From Balanoglossus misakiensis (lineage: Eukaryota; Animalia; Hemichordata), in the NCBI GenBank assembly GCA_040954595.2, contig CM082584.2, positions 3,662,110 through 3,726,109 on the forward strand: a DNA stretch of 64,000 nt, read 5' to 3'. Shown in pieces: positions 55,513-64,000 of this stretch. Under the pieces are notes generated by a model. That model was given only the letters and a program-made list of their open reading frames with translations, searched no databases and was not told the origin of the DNA. How positions within the stretch are numbered: the first letter of the stretch is position 1; each line of letters starts with the position of its first letter. The translations under genes were made by a program, and so were the position numbers.

Positions 55513-55700
55513 ACACTCACACTCACACACACACATTTGAGCGAATAAATGGCAGAGATGGTCAAATTAGTGCCGATTTCTTCATTTCGTGATTCATAAT
55601 TTCCTTGGTGAATGATCCCTCTGGATGATTACTGTCTTAGAAGCACGTACGGCGTCTTTTTGAGAGACGCCCGTGTTTTGGAGGGCCGGCCGGTCTGTGA

Positions 55701-55929
55701 TAGACTGTCGACAGTCCCTCGCGCCTAATGTGTATCGATTCGGCGTTTCGTGCGAGGGCCGAAGGCCCGATTCGGCGTTTCGTGGTGCGAGGGCTCGGGC
55801 CTTACGGCCATCGCACCACGAAACGCCGAATCGGGCCTTCGGCCCTCAAAAGATACGGGCCTTACGGGCATCGAACGAAACGATACACGAATCGATACAC
55901 ATTAGGCACGAGGGACTGTCGACAGTCTA
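55701..55929. mobile_element. Palindromic MITE with 8-bp TSD
   Basis: TIR tagactgtcgacagtccctcg; TSD gtctgtga at 55693-55700 and 55930-55937; empty site at ~27943. Confidence 0.9.
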
Positions 55930-57021
55930 GTCTGTGATTATAACGTGATAACTGCTTATGATCTCGACGATTCGTACTTTTCGCAGCCATTGCCACCATC
56001 CCCAGGTCTCTGTCATTTAGTAACACCCCAAAGATGTTTCTAAAACTTTTGGCTGGCGACTGTTGATAGAAGATGGCTAGTAGTAAATGTGTGATCGTGT
56101 AAAATAACTGATAACAAAAAATTTACACTCATGAGACTCGGAAATTCGAAGATAGCTAAATTCAAGGTTAGAATAATCACGAATTTAGTTCCTTCTGCCT
56201 GTTTGATATGACGTAATTTGCCTAAGTAACATTGGTCATGGCGGATTCACGCAGCACAGATATTGCAAATTGTTCTACATCAACGAATATGCTTCTGGAA
56301 CGTTTGTGGTGATACAAGCTTATCTTGATTGTTCCGTGATGTTGTACAGGTATATGCACACCCCCCCCCCCCCACAGTCCCAATTGACGCTTTTATGTCA
56401 AGAATAAGCGTTAGACCAATATGGCCGACGAGATCTCGAAAATCACGAGACGAGCGTGAGATAAGCGTTTGGGGGCAGCACGTCTGCGTAAGTCACACAC
56501 TAAGGGAGGTCTACAGACTAATTGCCTCTTTTAGGAGTGTCACTGAATGACAATTTCTGACAGGCCAGCGTGTGATTGCTTTATCGAAGAAAAAATGGTT
56601 GTACTACCACATTCTCTCAAGGGAGAATGTAGTATCACAAATCATCGACGTTGGTCTTTTTGAGATAATCATTTTCAATGGTACCGGTACTTATATTGAG
56701 TTTACGGAAATTATAAACGTAGGAAAGTGCTGGTTCATTTAATCAATATAGGGTCTATATGTTGTATGCAAATACATCTTGTGCCACAGGCCATTAATTA
56801 TAAAAAAAAATCATTTTCCTAGCGTACCTTTTAGTGTTTCAGTTATGTAACATTGGGAATGCACCGCAGTTGTCTGTCAAATTCGACCTATGAAAGCTGA
56901 AAGAATAAAATTCATCGACAATAATACATGTACAAGTGTTATTCTACGGTAGTTCTCTTTTTGGAGGGTGTGGTGGCCCTGAAAAGGGCCGTTTTGTTTG
57001 GGTCCAGAAAAGGACGGTGCC

Positions 57022-57402
<381 letters not shown>

Positions 57403-59051
57403 TTACGAACGGGTAAGCGAGCATCGTGAAACATTTACATATCTATACAGTTTGTGGTAATTTGCAAAACAATGCATCTTTATAATAGTATGTACTAGTA
57501 CCACATTTACATTTGGCGATTATAGAATTCGGAGTGCCCAATCAGAACACGTTTACAGCGAAATCCGCGCTTCATACAATACTCACGGCATGCACGGTGA
57601 AGTGTGTGGCGTGACTATGATATGCTATTATCTTGGACGAGCGAAAGAGCGTGCCTCCAGCCAATAATTATAGAATGTCAAAAAGTTTGTGGAATGAAAA
57701 AATAATCCGTTATGTATATATTTTTGACTTATGAGAATCCTATTGATATCAAATTACTGGTTAGAACGATTCATTATCCATCGTATATTTTTAAATTCAT
57801 TCATGTATATTATTCAATACACTGTTAATCTCCGCTTTCGTTTCCTGTGCTCTGGCAATGGAAATAAAATGGTGCGCCCGAAATCATGCAGTAATTCTAG
57901 CTATATTGAAAAGTCTTGTTACGAATACGGCGCTTGTTCTACCCACATTTGCCAGTGCGTCACATCAATCATACGCTTCTGGTAAACAAGCCTTCAATTA
58001 GGGCCAGGGGAGTGGTCTAAGATTAGACGGTTTGTCGATCAACAGTAGTTTGCATGAGCAGTCATCATTTTCTGCGAGTGTTAATTCCGATAATCGAACT
58101 TTCCTGCAAAGCCATCAGTGCTGGACTGTCAGCCATTGTCATTCAGTGACACTCCTGATAGTGTTAATTAGGCTTTAGACCTCCCTGGGTGAAAGCATTG
58201 GGTGCGTGAATGACTTCTGCAGACGTGTGTGAATTCTCCACAATATAAAGCGCTTATTGGGAGTGTGGGAGACTGTATGCACATACATCATATTGGAACA
58301 GTCAACATAAGCTCGTACTGAGTCGTACACGTATTACTATTAGATTTCGTGAATGTAGAAATATTTGCAAATTCATGAGTGTGCTGCCTGAATACGTCGT
58401 GACAATTGTCATGTGCAACTGAAATCACGTGGTATGAAACAGAGAAAATGAATTAACCTCGTGATTATATTAACAATGAATTTCGCCATTTTCAATCTAC
58501 CAATGAATAATGTGTAGTTGTGATTTATTATTCCGACATGAGCAAATATTCATTGGCACTGTGAATTCAAAATTCGCCAGCCACAATTTCTAGATGATAA
58601 TGGCTGCATGAGAACGCATGGGTGGCAATGGCATCGAAGAATATGAATGGCGCATATTTTACACAGTAGTCACTTTATTTAAATATCAGACCCCCCCCCC
58701 CCCACACACACACACACAGTACAAAATACACCTTTTGTATGAGACAATCAGCCATGAAGAGGGGGATGGTAAATAATGATGACACATGACATCGAGGAAA
58801 ATGAATGGCGCAAAACAGTCGTCACCTTTTTTAAATGATAGACCCTCGACACAGTCCCAAAGACGCTATTTATATGAGACAATCAGTCAATTTCTCTATC
58901 CTTCTCACCCATGTCACGAAGTTAATTTTAATTTCATTTTTAGTTGACCACTGACAAAGCAAAGGGGGTTGAAGATATCGATAGTTCTCTTTTTGAAGGA
59001 TGTGGTGGCCCTGAAAAGGGCCGTTTTGTATGTGTATGCTGAGCATACGAT

Positions 59052-59417
59052 TTACTTGGAACTGGTGTATTTAGTGACGGCTTTGGTGCCCTCACTGACG
59101 GCGTGCTTGGCAAGTTCACCGGGCAGCAAGAGACGGACAGCGGTCTGGATTTCCCTGCTGGTGATGGTGGAACGCTTGTTGTATTGGGCCAAGCGAGAGG
59201 CTTCAGCGGCGATACGCTCGAAGATGTCGTTGACAAAGCTGTTCATGATTGACATGGCTTTGGAGGAGACACCAGTATCGGGGTGGACCTGTTTCAGGAC
59301 CTTGTAGATGTAGATACCATAACTTTCCTTCCTGCGTCTCTTTCTCTTTTTGTCACCAGTACGTGTGGCTTTTGGCTGACCGGCCTTTTTAGCTGCTTTA
59401 CCGCTTGATTTCGGCAT
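59052..59417 (-). CDS. H2B: Histone H2B (copy 4)
   Basis: Intact ORF with stem-loop. Confidence 0.99.
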   Translation of the reverse strand: MPKSSGKAAKKAGQPKATRTGDKKRKRRRKESYGIYIYKVLKQVHPDTGVSSKAMSIMNSFVNDIFERIAAEASRLAQYNKRSTITSREIQTAVRLLLPGELAKHAVSEGTKAVTKYTSSK

Positions 59418-59734
59418 GGTGAACGATGGTGCAAAGTTTGGAATGCCAAATTGGTGACATTTACACAATATTTATATGCGAACAAATGCAAATGAAGGAC
59501 TCTGGATGCAAGGCGCGAAATCCGACGAACGTGATTGCAGCCAAAGTGTAAATGGAAAAGGCAATAGGCATATTAATTAAACATCCTATTGCTATCGTAT
59601 CATTATCATCACAATAAGTGGAGATTTCATTCTGATTGGTTGGTGTTATTAGACTAGGATCCAAATAAACTGTATATAAGCTGTGAAAGTCGGTGAAAAT
59701 CAACCTTTCTCATAAATATATACTAAACTAGAAA

Positions 59735-59896
59735 ATGTCTGGACGCGGTAAAGGAGGCAAAGCTAAGGGTAAGGCCAAGAGCCGATCCAGCCGTGCTGGT
59801 CTGCAATTCCCCGTGGGTCGTGTGCACCGTTTCTTGCGCAAGGGCAACTACGCTCAGCGTGTCGGTGCTGGTGCTCCAGTCTACTTGGCTGCAGTG
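59735..59896 (+). pseudogene. H2A: 3'-truncated H2A
   Basis: Matches H2A to APVYLAAV, then unrelated sequence giving KD and a stop; the rest of the gene is not in the window. Confidence 0.92.
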
Positions 59897-60788
59897 AAGG
59901 ATTAATGCTCTGTGTTTACCATAGGCAAATAGTGTCTCAATTTCTTTCGTGTGTGAACCTGGTAACACTCTGTGTCCGGCGTTCAATTTGTGTCGACCAG
60001 CATGAAGCAACACAAGTCGATCAAGAAACCGTTGCTGAACGATGCCGCTACTGTCCCCTCAAAAATGAACTTGTAAATACGATATGGGCAGATAAAGATT
60101 TGTGCTCAATCTCACCCCGAGACCAGAAATTATTATTTTGCGTACTAAACATTTGAATTAGAATAACTGCTCGTCGATTATCGTTCAGTTGCAACTGGAG
60201 TAGGATGAACAATGAAGTTGGTAGGGGACTACTCAGATAGACGCAAATTACTCTCCGTGGACATCTGCTGGTAGACAGATATTTCAGTCTAATTGTGTTA
60301 GAGTTGTGTCAGACAGATTCCGTGGGCAATTACATGTATGCTGGTAGACACATGTTCCAATCACCTAATTGTGTCAGATATGCTGCAGGATAATTCTGGG
60401 AGTGGCCCATTCCTGACCATTTTCGTGAGTGTAGCGCCGGCAGCGTTAGTTTATTGTTAATTAATTCTAGCGATATTTTGGCTCCCCAGGACGAGTCCTT
60501 CTCTATATACCTTCAACGGCATTGCGACTGTCAGATTATCGGCCGATTTATCGCCAGCAAAGTAAACAGCTGTTGTCAACGACCATCACAAAGTCACTTT
60601 CCTTGAATGACATCAGCTATGCAAAGTTTCCACCCCATTACTTCACAGGGCACGAATGCTGACTTTCGTGGTCGACACGCGCCTGTGCCGTGGTTCCGAA
60701 AAATGAACGGATGTGAACGTATGCACGACATTTTATTTGATTTCCACCCAATATTTCTTGTTCTAAATACATAGAACATATTGCTTAA

Positions 60789-62217
60789 GATGGGTCCCCC
60801 GGATCTTTTTGCCCGTTGCTATGGGCCTTTGCAGGACATTACACCCCGATTTGGATTAAGCCGTTTTCAGAGTCTAACAAGGGGCAGGTAACTACCGTAC
60901 TTGCCCGGGTAAGAGCCCCGGGTGCTGCGCCCACAAATTAACGAAAAAACAGGGGGGGGGGGGGGGCTTTAGCCCGGACGCAACCTCGACATTTATGCAA
61001 ATGAGGGCCTAGGGACACGAGGAAGGGGTGAATAATGATGCAAATAACATGGCAAAACATTTCACGGTCAAACAATGTATTTATTAAATAATAAAAAGTT
61101 TTTTTTTTCCCATAAATGAAATACAGAAAACATATTACAGTCGCCGCCGTTTAATCGGGACACCAAGGGCGCAGACAAAACATCCCGTTTAACCGGATAT
61201 TTGTAAATGGTCGATCCCACCCATGCATTTAATACTTAGACGTCGACGGACGGACGCACGTAAATACATCTATCTTAATCGTGGCAATCATGCCTTTCTC
61301 TACCGGAATTTTTGAGTGGTTCATTCTCCGAGTCCAAGTCGGGATCTTCCAATTTTGGGTGTTTCGCGTCGAGGACAGACTGAAGCAGCTCCACGCGGTC
61401 GCTTTGGAAAGCTCCCCGGTGACCTCATAGGTGACCTCATACGCGGCAGCGCGTCCATCTACGTGATCGTTGAATTCGAGGCACGGTCCCGAGGGACCTG
61501 TCTGAGGTCATGTTTTCTAGAGCGGCTAGTTGAAAATCTGCACGATTGTGAGCGCGGGCCCCCTGACGCCATTGATATGCAAATTAGCTAGGTCAAATTT
61601 CAAAAGCCTAAGGCTTTTTATTCCGTGACCTCAAAAACGAACTTGATACGTATTCATTAGTTGCTTGAACCAGGGAAGATCGTGACGGATTTTGTTTTCG
61701 AATATTATCGTTGTATCCCACGATTTCAGCATACCCGTACCACACCTGAAAAAGTCATCGATTTTGGGTGTTTTTGGACGCACTCTTCCACCGGTATCGC
61801 TTCTTAGCAAGACGAAAACCGAAAAAACGATCCGTCACACTGTGCGGAAGTGCGTTCTCAACAAGCAGGTCAAATTTGACTGGCGTACGTGGCCTATGAA
61901 AAAAGCCTTAGGGATTTTCGTGAACGGTACAAAATCTCTGTGTACAAAACATTGGATTTTTAGCGTTCGATCCAGTTACTGTGGTTACAGGACGCGCACG
62001 CTATCGCTGACCGCTGCTTTGCCGTATTAGCGTGGCGGCCTATGGCCGGGCGGTAGCTGCCGTAAACATACTCGGACAGGGTGTGTGCACACAATCGTGT
62101 GTATTTTTAACTAGTTACAAGCCCCTTGTCGGACGTTCATAACGGTTTCGATCAAAATTGAGTGTAGTGTCCTATAAAGGCCCATAGCAACGAGCAAAAA
62201 GATATGGGGGACCCATC
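60789..62217. mobile_element. Non-autonomous DNA transposon with TTAA TSD and ~100-bp imperfect TIRs (Kolobok-like), probably containing nested Tc1/pogo-like ends
   Basis: ttaa-gatgggtcccccggatctttttgcccgttgctatgggcc ... ggcccatagcaacgagcaaaaagatatgggggacccatc-ttaa. Confidence 0.8.
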
Positions 62218-64000
62218 TTAATTTAGTGAGCACGCTCTATAACGCAGCACTCCCACTTTTGGTGAGCGTGCGTCGGTGCGCGCGTTGTATGAAACTTGAA
62301 AAATGATGAATGTACCAGTAAATGATTGAAAAATATGTGACTTCAATATCTTTCATAAACGACCGTGTCTGCAATATGCCTTTTACTTTACAATATGCCT
62401 TTTGCATCAGGTAGCCTATATGTCCACCTGCTGATGAGGTATGGTAAATGCAGTGTTGAAAACGCAATATTAGACTCGCCCTCTTAAAGTGCATAATTGC
62501 AGGGAAAAGTCGAAAATTTCAACTGCCTCTTTTCTGTACAGAATCGTCTCTTTCAGCCCTAAAGATGTGTCGCAGACGCCAAAAATGTGTGTTACTTTAA
62601 CATAACTGCGTGGCGATCAATAATCCTGCCAAACTTCACCGCTTCCTTCAAAATTATGTGCTTTGGTTTCGACTTCTCGAAGGTTTCTGAAGGCTTCTTG
62701 ATAAACTGGGCGTGGTATCTTCCTGTATACATTCCCTGTGGAAATTAAAGGAAATATAAATGTATTTAAAATTCAGCAACTTTTTCTAAAGGTATGAAAT
62801 GTGGCCAAAATCGCCTTGTATAGTGAAATACCACCTTACTTTGTTAATACTTCTGAAAACTAATTTATGATTTCGCTTCATACTTTTCGAGGCACACCAG
62901 GTAATAATACATTAAACCAGCAGTAAAAATAAAAATAAATTCCCATGCCTTGGTCATGATCTAATACCCAAAGCATTTATGAAAGGAATACCATCATTTT
63001 AAACTTGGTACTTTCCAAATTGAAATTCATTTATTTATATATACCGATAATAGTTCTGGGTCGAGGACCAGAAAGTTATGTGACGTCACAAGTCGTTTGG
63101 CCTTATCATAGCTCTGCGTGGTCGGGCTGTGTTGTTACGGCGAGCCCTCCACCCACAGCCCTGCAAAGCTCCATAGACAAAACTGGCGAAACTTCGCGGA
63201 TTTGTATCGGAAGGGTCTCCTTACCAAAAACTGCCGATTTCGAACTCAAAACGTGCGTCGATCTTCGTCACTGGCCTCGAGTACTCCAGTCGCTAGCAAT
63301 TTGAGCTAAAATCTGCATGATTGCTTGCGTTAAGGCCCGTTTTCGATGTTTATGCGAGAAGATCCCTAAGAACGCCGCCATTTTGAATCTCGTTGCCCAA
63401 CGAGTTTACCCAGGAGCCTTTGCGCGAAAGTTTGCCGAAAACTTGCCTCAAAACAAAAGAACATCACACAAACAGACACAACTTAAGAAAATACATGAAA
63501 ATAAACTTATTGCGGAACTATTCCGCCATAAACCGATGATCATTTCCCATTTATTTCCAAGTTTCTTTTGCCGATACATAGAAGGGTACTAATAACTTTG
63601 GTACATGTAAAATAATTAGGTTAGAAGCAGTCTTATCAGAAACAATGCAAGTTCAATCAGTAATGTAATCAGCAGAAAAGGTGGACTGAGCAGGGTGTTA
63701 AGGCTGCTTGCATTCTGAAAATGGCAGAGATGACTCGGGAGGAAATAAAAGGTTAATGGATTTATATGCTACAATCAATTTGTTTGATGTTACATTCAAT
63801 GTTTCATTGAAATATTAAATCAGGTACAGATAAATCACAAGGTCATCAATTACCATGCTTAATGTTTAATTACATTTTCATTTTTGATCACAGACATCAT
63901 AGAGGGAAAATATTCTATAGTTTTCACATCCCCTGAATCTTTATGCAGAGAACCCTGGCAGTCCATGCTAAGAAATGATGTTTACAAGAATAGATTGGTA

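Noticed and set aside
62480-63700. Further TTAA-type transposon at the right end
   Set aside because: TE-like composition, but I could not pair termini or find a TSD.

Overview
Eukaryotic, intron-containing, repeat-rich DNA from an invertebrate animal. The H2B sequence and TE repertoire suggest an ambulacrarian such as a hemichordate or echinoderm (inference). Left part: the 5' half of a minus-strand cadherin-EGF-Ig-EGF (Tie-like) receptor gene running off the left edge, a histamine N-methyltransferase-like pseudogene, and a 6.1-kb Academ-like foldback element containing a captured gene fragment. From about 17.8 kb to 59.9 kb: an irregular replication-dependent histone cluster (5 H4, 4 H2B, 2 intact and 3 broken H2A, no H3 or H1 seen), built by local duplications and interrupted by a LINE fragment, a solo LTR, a Helentron and several MITEs. 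Two copies of a 3-coding-exon secreted double PAN/Apple-domain gene lie within the cluster. The main find, invisible in the ORF track, is a 5-exon minus-strand gene (36298-38460). It encodes a signal peptide, a BRICHOS-like domain, an RDKR furin site and a 33-residue Tyr/Trp/Arg-rich, six-cysteine peptide (GCYWFRYCRYYYYHCWYGLCYFRRCWYIVRCYY), the architecture of BRICHOS antimicrobial-peptide precursors. All gene models were spliced and translated by hand; no database searches were run.
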